Positions 7,470 through 17,200 of a DNA stretch of 32,000 bases are shown piece after piece (the first letter of the stretch is position 1; every line of letters begins with the position of its first letter). The DNA comes from Geotalea daltonii FRC-32 (lineage in GTDB: Bacteria; Desulfobacterota; Desulfuromonadia; Geobacterales; Geobacteraceae). The stretch spans positions 3,180,001-3,212,000 of the forward strand of contig NC_011979.1 of assembly GCF_000022265.1 (NCBI RefSeq), written 5' to 3'. A program made the position numbers and the translations under genes. Below the pieces are notes generated by a model. It was not told where the DNA came from and searched no databases. It saw nothing but the letters and a program-made list of their open reading frames with translations.

Positions 7470-8294
7470 ATGAAAAAACAGCTGGGAGATTTATTGGTAG
7501 AAGCCGGAATCATCACCAATACTACCCTGGAAAGGGCTCTGCAAAGACAAAAAGGAACAAACAAACGTCTGGGAACAGTGCTTGAGGAAATGGGGGTGGT
7601 CACTGGTGATGAACTGGTCACTGCCGTTGCCGGACAGTTCGGCCTGAAAACGGTCAAAAATGTTGCAGCTTTTTCCTATCCCCAAGCATTGCTTGATCTT
7701 ATCCCTGAAGATATGGCCCTGCAGAAACTGATTTTTCCGTTGAAACAAAAGGAAGGGCTTCTTGCCATTGCCATCGCTGATCCTTTTGATACCGATTCAC
7801 AAGATTATCTGGCAAAGAAAACAAGCTGTAAAGTCATACCGGTACTGGCCACGCCGGAAGACATCATGGCTGCCGTGAAGAAGTTCTATCTGAAGGGAGC
7901 TGCAAAATCCGACAGAACGATGGTCTTGGTGGTCGATGATTCAAAATCCGTGGCAACAATAATCCAGGTGGCTCTTGAGAAGGAGGGATACCAGGTGGTT
8001 GTGGCCAGTGATGGGGTGGAAGGCCTGAAGCTGGCTATTCAACATAAACCGACGCTGGTGATTTGCGACTCGGTAATGCCCCGCATGGATGGATTTGCTT
8101 TCAAGCGTGCTTTGAAAGCAAATCCCGACACCGCCGATATCCCGGTAATTCTTCTGACTTCCAAGGCCTCACCCGAAGAGGAGCATGCCGCATTGACATC
8201 GGGTTTCCTCGATTTCATTGCCAAACCTGTCATGCCCATGCGGGTGATTTCCCGCGTCAACAGAGCCATGGAATTGATAAAGCACATAAAATAA
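7470..8294 (+). CDS. Response regulator: N-terminal T2SSE_N/MshEN-type domain fused to a CheY-like receiver
   Basis: Residues 1-150 look like a GspE/PilB N-terminal domain (LGDLLVEAGII...RLGTVLEEMGVV...LIFPL...IAIADPFD). Residues 160-274 form a canonical receiver: VVDDS, phospho-acceptor in ICDSVMPRMDG, LLTS, AKP. Confidence 0.85.
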   Translation: MKKQLGDLLVEAGIITNTTLERALQRQKGTNKRLGTVLEEMGVVTGDELVTAVAGQFGLKTVKNVAAFSYPQALLDLIPEDMALQKLIFPLKQKEGLLAIAIADPFDTDSQDYLAKKTSCKVIPVLATPEDIMAAVKKFYLKGAAKSDRTMVLVVDDSKSVATIIQVALEKEGYQVVVASDGVEGLKLAIQHKPTLVICDSVMPRMDGFAFKRALKANPDTADIPVILLTSKASPEEEHAALTSGFLDFIAKPVMPMRVISRVNRAMELIKHIK

Positions 8295-8296
8295 AA

Positions 8297-8324
8297 AATG
8301 GTTACCGCTCCGGCGGTAACCATT
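8297..8324 (-). terminator. Terminator hairpin between convergent genes, mainly serving gltX
   Basis: 12-bp perfect stem AATGGTTACCGC / GCGGTAACCATT with loop TCCG. On the minus strand it is followed by TTTTTTAT. Confidence 0.7.
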
Positions 8325-8347
8325 GCCCAGACATGGCTTCACCCGTG

Positions 8348-9754
8348 TTACTTTTTATCGATGAAAGCTGCCGCTCTCTCCAGTCTCAGACAGGTTTCCT
8401 CTTTACCCAGTACAGCCATGACCTCGTAAATACCTGGAGCCGCTGTGCCGCCACACAAGGCAATGCGGACCGGTTGAGCTATCTGTCCAAGCTTGAATCC
8501 CTTTTCTCCGCAGATATCTTTAAAAACAGACTCAATACTGTCATGGTCAAAGGTATCCAGCTCCGAAAGTTTGCCTATCAAAAGACGGTAAAGTGAGGCG
8601 GTATCAGGGGTGAAGAATTTCTCCACCGCTTTTTCATCATAAACAAAGTTACGCTGGTAATAAAATACAGCTCCTTCCGCCATTTCCACGAGGGTCCTGG
8701 CCCGTTCCTGGAGAGTCTTAACCACCTGGATCAGATCCGGCCCCCCCGTTAAATCGACACCCTTGTCGGCTAGAAAAGGAGCCAGCAGGTCGGCAAGGCG
8801 TTTTTCATCGCCGGTCTTGATATAGTGAGCATTCAGCCAGAGTAGCTTGTCGGGGTTAAATACTCCGGCGGAACGGCCGACCTGTTCAATATTGAATTTT
8901 TCAATAAGGTCTTCCTTGCTAAAGATTTCCTCGTCGCCGTGGCTCCAGCCAAGCCTGACCAGATAATTGACCATCGCCTCCGGAAGAAATCCCATGTCCC
9001 GGTATGCCATGACACTGGTGGCGCCATGACGCTTGGACAGACGTGTCTTGTCGGCACCGAGGATCATGGGCACATGGGCAAAGGCAGGAACAGGGTACCC
9101 CAGTGCTTCATAGAGAAGTATCTGGCGGGGGGTGTTGTTGACATGGTCATCGCCCCGGATAACCGTTGTTATCTCCATGGTCGCATCGTCAATGACAACC
9201 ACGAAATTATAGGTCGGGGTACCGTCGCTCCTCTGGATGATGAGATCATCCAGTTCGTCATTGTTGAAGGAGATCCTCCCCTTGATGAGGTCATCGAAGG
9301 CGGTCACTCCATCCTGCGGAGCCCTGAAACGCACCACATGGGGCCGGTCATCGAGAGCACCGGCAGGGAGATTGCGACAGGTGCCGTCATATTTGGGTTT
9401 TCGCCCTTCCTTGAAGGCGAGGTCTCTTTTCGCTTCGAGTTCTTCAGCCGTGCAGTAGCATTTATAGGCTTTTCCGGAATCAAGAAGTTTTTGCACAAAT
9501 TCCTTGTAAACCGGAAATCGTTCAGACTGATAGAACGGGCCTTCGTCCCAGTCAAGGCCGAGCCACTCCATCCCCTGAAGTATGGCATCAACAGATTCCT
9601 GGGTTGAACGGGCCACATCCGTATCCTCTATGCGGAGGATGAATGTCCCTCGCTGCTTTTTGGCCAAAAGCCAGTTAAAAAGAGCAGTCCGCGCTCCACC
9701 CACATGAAGATAGCCGGTCGGGCTGGGAGCAAAACGGAGACGTACTTGTGACAT
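8348..9754 (-). CDS. gltX: Glutamyl-tRNA synthetase
   Basis: Class I motifs [19 protein letters not shown] (HIGH-type) and RLSKRHG (KMSKS-type). The ORF track starts at TTG 9760. ATG 9754, with AAGGAG 6 nt upstream, is the better start. Confidence 0.95.
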   Translation of the reverse strand: MSQVRLRFAPSPTGYLHVGGARTALFNWLLAKKQRGTFILRIEDTDVARSTQESVDAILQGMEWLGLDWDEGPFYQSERFPVYKEFVQKLLDSGKAYKCYCTAEELEAKRDLAFKEGRKPKYDGTCRNLPAGALDDRPHVVRFRAPQDGVTAFDDLIKGRISFNNDELDDLIIQRSDGTPTYNFVVVIDDATMEITTVIRGDDHVNNTPRQILLYEALGYPVPAFAHVPMILGADKTRLSKRHGATSVMAYRDMGFLPEAMVNYLVRLGWSHGDEEIFSKEDLIEKFNIEQVGRSAGVFNPDKLLWLNAHYIKTGDEKRLADLLAPFLADKGVDLTGGPDLIQVVKTLQERARTLVEMAEGAVFYYQRNFVYDEKAVEKFFTPDTASLYRLLIGKLSELDTFDHDSIESVFKDICGEKGFKLGQIAQPVRIALCGGTAAPGIYEVMAVLGKEETCLRLERAAAFIDKK

Positions 9755-9794
9755 ATTCAACTCCTTCGATTGATAGATTATAAGAGCAGACAGA

Positions 9795-9974
9795 CTAGTT
9801 GTCGTCTTCGTCCTCAGACGGTTTTTTTTCGCCAGGAATTTTGTAGTTTTCGGAAAACCAGGAACCGAGGTCGATCATTTTGCAACGTTCCGAGCAGAAT
9901 GGACGATGGGGATTGTCCTGCCATGACACTTCCTTCTGACAATGGGGGCAAAAATGTTTAGCTGTTTTTTTCAT
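9795..9974 (-). CDS. yacG: DNA gyrase inhibitor YacG (zinc-finger protein), 59 aa, below the ORF-track cutoff
   Basis: Hand translation gives [59 protein letters not shown]. It matches the YacG pattern CPxCxKxVxW...RPFCSxRCxxIDLGxW...IP followed by an acidic tail. The ATG overlaps the upstream stop as ATGA (9971-9974). Confidence 0.8.
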   Translation of the reverse strand: MKKTAKHFCPHCQKEVSWQDNPHRPFCSERCKMIDLGSWFSENYKIPGEKKPSEDEDDN

Positions 9975-10957
9975 GGCAAAGGTTGCTCTGAGTCTTGATA
10001 CCAGCGGACGAAATTGGCGATGCCTTCTTCAATGGGTGTCACCGGTTTGTAGCCCAAGACGGACGACGATTTTTCTATATTGGCAAAAGTTCGTTCCACG
10101 TCTCCCGCCTGCATCGGCAGACACTCAAGAACCGCTTTTTTGCCCAGTTGATGCTCGATTATCTTAACGAGACGGTTTAGAGCGACTGGACTGGAACCGC
10201 CCAGGTTGAAAATATCATAGCGTTTCTCGCCCGTATTTACCCACTGCAATGCCTTTTCTATCCCGGCAACAATGTCGCCGATGTAGGTGTAATCTCGACT
10301 GGTGCTGCCATCTCCATAAAAAGGAATGGGTTTTCCCTGCTCAATCAGTCTGACAAATTTGCTGATGGCAAGGTCCGGGCGTTGCCTGGGCCCATAAACG
10401 GTGAAGAATCTGAGACAGGCGATGTTGATGTCGTAAAGGTGATGATAGGTATGGCAGATTAATTCGCCAGCCTTTTTCGTTGCAGCATAAGGCGAAATGG
10501 GATTATCCACCGGATCAGCCTCGGCAAATGGCACTTTCGGATTGTTTCCGTATACCGAAGAACTGGAGGCAAAAAGAAAAAGCCGCACTCCGATTGCTTT
10601 TGCGGCCTCTAGAAGATTCATTGTCCCCCGCACGTTGACTTCCTCGTAAAGCAGCGGATTGTCGATGGACGGTCTTACTCCGGCGGCAGCAGCAAGATGA
10701 ATGACGGCATCAGGCAGCTCCTGGGTGAATATGGCACGAATAAATTCCTCATCCCGAATATCGCCCTCGCACAGGAGAAGTCGACGTCCGCAAGCCGCGG
10801 CATTGCCGGCAGTTTCTGTAAAATTCCGCCTCTTGACAGCAGGGGAGTAAAAATCGTTGAAGTTATCTACTATGATAATGTCATGGCCGCAGAGAAATAA
10901 CCGCTCTGCCAGGTGAGATCCTATGAATCCGGCGCCACCGGTTATCAATATCCGCAT
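9971..10957 (-). CDS. NAD-dependent sugar-nucleotide epimerase, UDP-glucuronate 4-epimerase-like
   Basis: Contains [37 protein letters not shown] (YxxxK) and [16 protein letters not shown]. This set is characteristic of the UDP-GlcA 4-epimerase subgroup of SDR epimerases. Confidence 0.75.
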   Translation of the reverse strand: MRILITGGAGFIGSHLAERLFLCGHDIIIVDNFNDFYSPAVKRRNFTETAGNAAACGRRLLLCEGDIRDEEFIRAIFTQELPDAVIHLAAAAGVRPSIDNPLLYEEVNVRGTMNLLEAAKAIGVRLFLFASSSSVYGNNPKVPFAEADPVDNPISPYAATKKAGELICHTYHHLYDINIACLRFFTVYGPRQRPDLAISKFVRLIEQGKPIPFYGDGSTSRDYTYIGDIVAGIEKALQWVNTGEKRYDIFNLGGSSPVALNRLVKIIEHQLGKKAVLECLPMQAGDVERTFANIEKSSSVLGYKPVTPIEEGIANFVRWYQDSEQPLP

Positions 10958-10973
10958 GAAAGCCCCTTATATC

Positions 10974-11654
10974 TCATTCGGCAATGACAATGGCGCCCTT
11001 GCCCGCTTTTGCGGCGAGTTCGCCTGCTTCCGACTGTTTCAGATGCTTGCCCATACGCACCCGGTACCAGGTTCCCTTGCCCTGCACATTCGACTCCAGG
11101 ATGTAAGCCGCCTGTCCTTTGGAAAGCAGGTTGGTCCTGATGGCCTCAGCTTCCGTCTTGTCCCTCAACGATGCAATTTGCACGCAATAAGTGCCTTCTC
11201 CAGATGCCTGGCTCTTTGCAGGCGTTTTAGGGACAGCGGCTGTCTCTGTATTCGCCTCGGATTTAGGAGGGGCACCTGGCGATAAAAGCTTTTGCTCCTG
11301 AAGGTTTTGTGGTCCGGGTGTCGCCTTGTTTTGTTCCTCACCGGCCTTCGCCGGATTAAGGCCGCTGCCTATAACGGCTTTTGCCCCATTCGGCAGGGTC
11401 TGATAAAATGTCAGCGGCACATCCTGCCCTGCAGGTTGTGCTTGAGGTGCGAGCGAAGGTGTTACTGCAGGTTTGGCAGTAGTCTTTTCATATGTATTCT
11501 TGACCGCTCGACCGCCAAAAAACCATCCGCCGGCAAAACCCCCAACGAACGAGATAATGACTGCCCCGGCAACTATAAATACCAGAATTCCAATCGGTTG
11601 CTTTTTGGGACGGTTTTTGCTGACCGGCCTGCGTTCACAATAGTCCAGCACCAT
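10974..11654 (-). CDS. SPOR-domain (septal peptidoglycan-binding) membrane protein
   Basis: N-terminal TM segment (IGILVFIVAGAVIISFV), then a Pro/Ala/Lys-rich linker. C-terminal SPOR-like domain YCVQIASLRDKTEAEAIRTNLLSKG...WYRVRMG. Confidence 0.8.
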   Translation of the reverse strand: MVLDYCERRPVSKNRPKKQPIGILVFIVAGAVIISFVGGFAGGWFFGGRAVKNTYEKTTAKPAVTPSLAPQAQPAGQDVPLTFYQTLPNGAKAVIGSGLNPAKAGEEQNKATPGPQNLQEQKLLSPGAPPKSEANTETAAVPKTPAKSQASGEGTYCVQIASLRDKTEAEAIRTNLLSKGQAAYILESNVQGKGTWYRVRMGKHLKQSEAGELAAKAGKGAIVIAE

Positions 11655-11665
11655 ACAAGCCTCTG

Positions 11666-13351
11666 TTACATTTTCTCAGGAGCTGAGATCCCAAGCAGGT
11701 TCAAAGCATTTTTCAGGGTCAGTGCCACACACTTCAAAAGGAACAGCCTCGCGGCAGTCAGCTGACTGTCTTCGGTGATAACCCGGTTTTTGTTATAAAA
11801 GCCATGAAACAGTCCGGCCAGTTCCTGAAGATAATTGGCAATCCGGTGGGGCTCAAAATTGGCGGCGCTCCCCTCCACCACCTCCGGAAAGAAGGCAAGG
11901 GCCTTGACTATGGCCATTTCTTCAGGCTCGATCAACTGGTCAAGATTCACACCGTCGGCCCCGGGCACGACAAATCCCTTCTCTGCTGCATTCTCGAAGA
12001 TACTGCAGATCCTGGCATGGGCATACTGGACATAGTAGACCGGATTGTCCAGGGATTTCTGCTTTGCCAGATCTATGTCGAAAACCAGCTGCGAATCGGG
12101 CTTACGCATGACGAAAAAGAAGCGGGTCGCATCGCGACCGACTTCATCTATGAGGTCACGCAGAGTAACGTAGCTTCCGGCGCGCTTGGAGATCTTTACC
12201 TCTTCGCCGCCGCGCAGAACAGTCACCATCTGGTGAAGCACATATTCCGGCCATCCGGCAGGAATTCCCGCATCAAGGGCCTGCAATCCCGCACGAACCC
12301 GGGTAATGGTACTGTGGTGATCTGCCCCCTGCTCGTTGACGACACGGGTAAAGCCTCTCTCCCATTTGCGCAGGTGATAGGCGACATCCGGAACAAAATA
12401 GGTATAGCCTCCCCCCGATTTCCGCATCACCCGGTCTTTGTCATCGGCAAAGGAGGTGGTGCGAAGCCACAGGGCATCGTCCTGTTCATAGGTGTGGCCG
12501 CTGTCGACGAGACGCCGAACAACCCTTTCAACGCTGCCATCGGCATAAAGGTCCGACTCCAGGGAATAGACATCGAAATGCACATCGAAAGCGGCCAAAT
12601 CCTGGTCCTGCTCACGACGGAGAAAGGCAACGGCAAAACGCCTGATTGCTTCCAGATCCTGGGGGTCGCCTGCGGCGGTCACATGTTGATCGTCTGCATG
12701 GACCGTCTCGCGGGCCATGTAAGCACGGGCCACGTCAATGATATATTCCCCCTGGTAGCCGTCGGAAGGCCAGCCAGGATCGTCCGGGCCATTGCCAAAG
12801 CAGCGGGCCTGCACTGAAAGAGCCAGATTGGCAATCTGCTGTCCGGCATCATTGTAGTAGAATTCACGGGTAACATCCCATCCGGTAGCTGACAGAAGAC
12901 GGCAGATGGTATCACCCAGGGCAGCTCCGCGACCATGACCGATATGCAGAGGGCCTGTGGGATTGGCGCTGACGAACTCAACCTGGATCTTTTTCCCACC
13001 ACCGACCCCGCTTTTTCCGTACTCGAAGCCGATCTGGTCGACCTCCAGCAGAGTCTGCCTCCAGGCTTCGTCCTTTAGATGAAAATTAATAAACCCGGGA
13101 CCGGCAATCTCTATTTTTTCACATACTCCCGATCCGTCGGCCAGATGGCTGACAAGTGTTTCAGCAACCATTCGAGGCGCTTTTTTTTCCGCCTTGGCCA
13201 AGAGCATCGCCACATTTGTCGCAAAATCCCCATGGTCGGCATGGGCAGGCTTTTCAATAATGATTGATGGGAATTCGCCGGAAGAAAGGCTTCCGTCGGC
13301 ATAGCAGCCTGCCAATCCCTGGGAGATCAAAGTGCGGAGTAATTCCTTCAT
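11666..13351 (-). CDS. argS: Arginyl-tRNA synthetase
   Basis: Contains [16 protein letters not shown] (HIGH) and a C-terminal DALR-type anticodon-binding region. The ORF track begins at GTG 13354. The ATG one codon in (13351) gives MKELLRT. Confidence 0.95.
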   Translation of the reverse strand: MKELLRTLISQGLAGCYADGSLSSGEFPSIIIEKPAHADHGDFATNVAMLLAKAEKKAPRMVAETLVSHLADGSGVCEKIEIAGPGFINFHLKDEAWRQTLLEVDQIGFEYGKSGVGGGKKIQVEFVSANPTGPLHIGHGRGAALGDTICRLLSATGWDVTREFYYNDAGQQIANLALSVQARCFGNGPDDPGWPSDGYQGEYIIDVARAYMARETVHADDQHVTAAGDPQDLEAIRRFAVAFLRREQDQDLAAFDVHFDVYSLESDLYADGSVERVVRRLVDSGHTYEQDDALWLRTTSFADDKDRVMRKSGGGYTYFVPDVAYHLRKWERGFTRVVNEQGADHHSTITRVRAGLQALDAGIPAGWPEYVLHQMVTVLRGGEEVKISKRAGSYVTLRDLIDEVGRDATRFFFVMRKPDSQLVFDIDLAKQKSLDNPVYYVQYAHARICSIFENAAEKGFVVPGADGVNLDQLIEPEEMAIVKALAFFPEVVEGSAANFEPHRIANYLQELAGLFHGFYNKNRVITEDSQLTAARLFLLKCVALTLKNALNLLGISAPEKM

Positions 13352-13524
13352 CACTCCTCCTGTTTATCTTTGGATGAACTGTCTTCTTGAACAGTATCTT
13401 TGATTGAAATATCCCTGGTGAAGTCCGGACAATGGGCGCCATTGTCGGAAACACAGAATTTTTTCGCGCAATTTTCACGCCAAGCACAGATGGCGCAGAA
13501 TTGCCGAGAGGTTCTTATATTCAC
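13351..13524 (-). CDS. Small Cys-rich protein, 57 aa, GTG start, below the ORF-track cutoff
   Basis: Hand translation gives (M)[60 protein letters not shown] lies about 7 nt upstream of GTG 13524, and an in-frame TAA lies two codons upstream. Its stop TGA shares one nucleotide with the argS ATG (TGATG). Confidence 0.4.
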   Translation of the reverse strand: MNIRTSRQFCAICAWRENCAKKFCVSDNGAHCPDFTRDISIKDTVQEDSSSKDKQEE

Positions 13525-13631
13525 ATTTTATCCTTTGATTTGAGTGCTCGGTAAATAGATGGAGCCAAAGTTGAAACAGGTCCGTGGGGGTAACCAGTTC
13601 CGGCTCGCTTATAGAAGAGCGGCCCCAGAAT

Positions 13632-13931
13632 TTATTTCTGTGTCAACTGGTCTTTCTTCTCCGGTGGAAACTGGTAAATCACCTCGTTTTGCCTCACCAG
13701 CCCGAAATCTCGCCGGGCTATGCTCTCCAGGTAGCGACGATCACTGCGCAAGGCTTCGATTTCGCGCTTCAGTTTCTCATTTTCTGTCTTCAACGATTGA
13801 AGATGTTCCCGAATCTCCTTGTTATCCTTGTTGAGGTGATAAATGCGCAACAAACCTCTATCACCGAAGATGGTAAAAAACAGGATGAAGACGATGATAC
13901 CGGCAGGTATAAGAAGCATCCGCTTCCGCAT
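13632..13931 (-). CDS. ftsB: Cell division protein FtsB/DivIC (septum formation initiator)
   Basis: 99 aa. N-terminal TM segment (LLIPAGIIVFILFFTIF), then a coiled coil (HLQSLKTENEKLKREIEALRSD) and the YLESIARRDFGLV motif. Confidence 0.85.
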   Translation of the reverse strand: MRKRMLLIPAGIIVFILFFTIFGDRGLLRIYHLNKDNKEIREHLQSLKTENEKLKREIEALRSDRRYLESIARRDFGLVRQNEVIYQFPPEKKDQLTQK

Positions 13932-13949
13932 GATGTCAGGTCCTCCGGA

Positions 13950-14888
13950 TCAACGACCTTGAGTAAGGAGGGAAGCAAAATAATCGATGGTTTTTTTCAG
14001 ACCTTGTTCCACGTCAACGGTCGGCCGCCAGTCCAGTTTTTGCTGGGCCAGGGAAATATCAGGCTGTCGCTGTTTCGGATCGTCTGCGGGCAAATCCTTG
14101 TATATAATCTTTGATGTGGAACCGGTAAGCTGAATGATCCTGTGTGCAAACTCCACAATGGTAGTCTCAGTGGGGTTTCCCAGATTCACCGGTCCGATAA
14201 AATCTTCGCATTCCATCATCCTCATCATGCCATCGACCAGGTCATCAACATAGCAGAAGGAACGGGTTTGCTTTCCTTCTCCATAGACCGTTATATCTTC
14301 CCCGGCCAGCGCCTGGACAATGAAGTTGGAAACAACCCTGCCGTCGTTGACGGCCATGCGGGGACCATAGGTGTTGAAGATGCGGATGATCCGGATATCA
14401 ACCCCGTTCTGACGATGATAATCCATCATCAGCGTTTCAGCCACCCTCTTCCCTTCATCGTAGCAACTTCTTATACCGATAGGGTTCACATTACCCCAGT
14501 ATTCTTCACGCTGGGGATGAACCTGCGGATCACCGTAGACCTCGGATGTGGAGGCCTGAAGTATCCTCGCCCTCACCCTTTTTGCCAGACCCAGCATATT
14601 GATGGTGCCCATGACGCTAGTCTTTATGGTCTTTACAGGGTTGTACTGGTAGTGAATGGGGGATGCCGGACAGGCCAGATTGTAAATGCGGTCGACCTCC
14701 AGCAGAATCGGCTCGGTGATATCGTGGCGGATGAGTTCGAAGCGGCGGTCATCACACAACTTCTCAATGTTTTTCTTGCTGCCGGTAAAGAAATTATCGA
14801 GACAGATAACTTCATTGCCGGAGGCAAGAAGTCTTTCACAAAGATGCGAGCCGATAAAGCCGGCGCCGCCAGTAACGAGAATGCGCAT
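13950..14888 (-). CDS. UDP-glucuronate decarboxylase (UDP-xylose synthase)
   Basis: Contains [29 protein letters not shown] (YxxxK), IFNTYGPRM and VSNFIVQAL. This pattern is typical of UXS-type decarboxylating SDRs. Confidence 0.85.
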   Translation of the reverse strand: MRILVTGGAGFIGSHLCERLLASGNEVICLDNFFTGSKKNIEKLCDDRRFELIRHDITEPILLEVDRIYNLACPASPIHYQYNPVKTIKTSVMGTINMLGLAKRVRARILQASTSEVYGDPQVHPQREEYWGNVNPIGIRSCYDEGKRVAETLMMDYHRQNGVDIRIIRIFNTYGPRMAVNDGRVVSNFIVQALAGEDITVYGEGKQTRSFCYVDDLVDGMMRMMECEDFIGPVNLGNPTETTIVEFAHRIIQLTGSTSKIIYKDLPADDPKQRQPDISLAQQKLDWRPTVDVEQGLKKTIDYFASLLTQGR

Positions 14889-14913
14889 AGTGAATCCTTG
14901 GTTCCCTCTCTAT

Positions 14914-16266
14914 TCAACAGGCAGTGCTGAAATGTTTGCCGTTTCGGCCGATGGGCAGATATTCAAAGCCGGCTTCCTTGATGCGTGATGGTTCATAGAG
15001 ATTTCTGCCATCAAAGATGAGTGGCCTCTTGAGCAAGGTCTTGATTCTTTCAAAATCAGGGGTTCGATATTCGTTCCATTCGGTTACAATGGCCAACGCA
15101 TCGGCTCCCTTGAGTATCTCGTACTGGTTGTTGCTGTAAGTGATACGATCGCCGAAGATCTTTCGTGCCTCTTTGATGGCCTCCGGGTCATGGGCGCAAA
15201 CCTTAGCACCCAGTTCAAGCAAGCGGCTTATAATAACCACGGATGGGGCTTCACGCATATCGTCTGTCCTGGGTTTGAATGACAGTCCCCAAATGGCAAT
15301 GGTCCTGCCCTTGAGGGATTCGGTCGAGCCGTCACCAAGACAGCGGATGATCTTGTCGGTCAATACCAGTTTCTGCAGTTCATTAACCTCTTCCACGGCC
15401 TTCAGGAGCATGAAATCATAGTCATTCTCCTCGGCGGTTTTGACCAGAGCCTTGACATCCTTGGGAAAGCAGGAGCCACCATAGCCGACACCAGGAAATA
15501 AAAAATCGTAGCCGATGCGCGAGTCGGAACCAATTCCTTCTCTGACTGCCGAAACGTCGGCACCCATGCGATCGCAGAGGTTGGCTATCTGGTTCATGAA
15601 GGAGATTTTGGTCGCCAGCATGGCGTTGGCTGCATATTTGGTCATCTCGGCGCTACGGATGTCCATAATGATCAACCGGTTTGTTTTGCGCATAAATGGC
15701 GAATAGAGTTCCTTCATGATCTCGCCGGTGCGCACATTGTCTGTGCCGATAACCACCCGGTCAGGTTTCATGAAATCGTCAATGGCAGCGCCTTCTTTCA
15801 TGAATTCAGGGTTGGACACCACGTCGAATTCAATGTCCCTGCCTCTCTTTTGAAGTTCTTCCCTGACAACGCCACGAACTTTATCTGCCGTGCCTACGGG
15901 CACTGTGGACTTATCCACCAGTATCTTGAAGCCTTCCATATTGCGGCCTATTACCCTGGCCACATCCAGAACGTATTGCAGGTCAGCAGAACCATCCTCG
16001 CCTGGCGGAGTCCCCACAGCGATGAAATTTATCAAAGAAACCTTGACTGCGGCTGCCAGATCGGTGGTGAAAGATAGCCGTCCTTCGGCGAAGTTCCTGA
16101 TGACCAATTCTTTCAGGCCGGGCTCATATATGGGAATGACACCCTGCTTAAGCCCTTCGATCTTGGCTTCATCCACATCAACGCAGATGACATCATTACC
16201 GCTTTCGGCAAAACAGGTCCCGGCAACAAGCCCCACATAGCCTGTTCCGATAATGCAGATTTTCAT
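14914..16266 (-). CDS. ugd: UDP-glucose 6-dehydrogenase
   Basis: Rossmann fold [10 protein letters not shown], catalytic Cys motif [10 protein letters not shown], 450 aa. Confidence 0.92.
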   Translation of the reverse strand: MKICIIGTGYVGLVAGTCFAESGNDVICVDVDEAKIEGLKQGVIPIYEPGLKELVIRNFAEGRLSFTTDLAAAVKVSLINFIAVGTPPGEDGSADLQYVLDVARVIGRNMEGFKILVDKSTVPVGTADKVRGVVREELQKRGRDIEFDVVSNPEFMKEGAAIDDFMKPDRVVIGTDNVRTGEIMKELYSPFMRKTNRLIIMDIRSAEMTKYAANAMLATKISFMNQIANLCDRMGADVSAVREGIGSDSRIGYDFLFPGVGYGGSCFPKDVKALVKTAEENDYDFMLLKAVEEVNELQKLVLTDKIIRCLGDGSTESLKGRTIAIWGLSFKPRTDDMREAPSVVIISRLLELGAKVCAHDPEAIKEARKIFGDRITYSNNQYEILKGADALAIVTEWNEYRTPDFERIKTLLKRPLIFDGRNLYEPSRIKEAGFEYLPIGRNGKHFSTAC

Positions 16267-16368
16267 TGAAGGATGCCTCCTCAGGCAGGTGGTTTAGCAG
16301 TTCTATATACCACAGAAGATGTCACTTCGCCAGCGTTTTCAGGGTAAAAACTAGAAATTTTAAATAGT

Positions 16369-17196
16369 TCATGGACTTTGCCTTTTCTGAAACGCCAGGA
16401 CTTGCCTGGTAAGTTGAGCGTATTCTTCCAGGGTAAGGGTCTCCCCCCTGCGTCCTCCATCTATGCCCGCCTGGGACAAAATGAGATTCAAGTCATCATT
16501 GTCAGCAATCAGGGCTGACCTCAGACAGTTGGCAAGGGTCTTGCGACGCTGACTGAAGGAAGCCTTGACCACCTGCCTGAACAGGGTCTCGTCACCAACA
16601 TCCTGCCGTGGTGCAGCCAGCGGGACAAATTTGAGTACTACCGAATCTACTTTGGGTATCGGTCTGAAAGACCCGGGCTTCACGATCAGCACCCGAGAAA
16701 TATTGAAGTGCAGATTGCAGAAAACGGACAGAATGCCGTATTCCTTGGTGCCTGGAGAAGCTATGAGCCGGTCGCCGACCTCTTTTTGCAGCATTAAAAT
16801 CAATGACGAAAACAGCGATACATTATCAAGAAATTTAAAGATCACCTGACTGGAAATATTGTAGGGGAGATTAGCCGCGACCTTCCATCTTCCGTTCCAG
16901 CGGCTGCCCAAGACTTCAGGAAGCTCAATCTTTAGGATATCACCCTGGATGAATTCCACGTTGTCTGCCCCAGAGAATTCCTTCTCCAGTAATGGAACCA
17001 GTTGACGATCCAGTTCCACAGCCAGTACCTGTTCGGCTCTCTTTACCAGCAGGGAGGTCAATGCACCACGACCGGGGCCGATCTCCAGCACCCTGTCGGA
17101 CGGCTCAAGGACCACTGCCTCCACGATCCGGGAAAGCACATTGCCATCAACCAGAAAGTTCTGCCCCATGGATTTTTTAGCACGTATTTTCTCCAT
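16369..17196 (-). CDS. rsmA: 16S rRNA (adenine1518/1519-N6)-dimethyltransferase
   Basis: Contains QNFLVD, the SAM motif VLEIGPGRGALT, and NLPYNISS. Confidence 0.93.
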   Translation of the reverse strand: MEKIRAKKSMGQNFLVDGNVLSRIVEAVVLEPSDRVLEIGPGRGALTSLLVKRAEQVLAVELDRQLVPLLEKEFSGADNVEFIQGDILKIELPEVLGSRWNGRWKVAANLPYNISSQVIFKFLDNVSLFSSLILMLQKEVGDRLIASPGTKEYGILSVFCNLHFNISRVLIVKPGSFRPIPKVDSVVLKFVPLAAPRQDVGDETLFRQVVKASFSQRRKTLANCLRSALIADNDDLNLILSQAGIDGGRRGETLTLEEYAQLTRQVLAFQKRQSP

Positions 17197-17200
17197 GGAA

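Noticed and set aside
11804-12817. 337-aa plus-strand ORF inside argS
   Set aside because: It is antisense to a complete, motif-bearing arginyl-tRNA synthetase, with no RBS or motif. The same reasoning applies to the antisense ORFs at 5024-5755, 8939-9607, 14142-14930 and 27281-28072.
13254-13487. 77-aa minus-strand ORF from the track, upstream of argS
   Set aside because: It overlaps the first 33 codons of argS in another frame and has no RBS. The same DNA is better explained by the 57-aa Cys-rich frame that ends exactly at the argS start.
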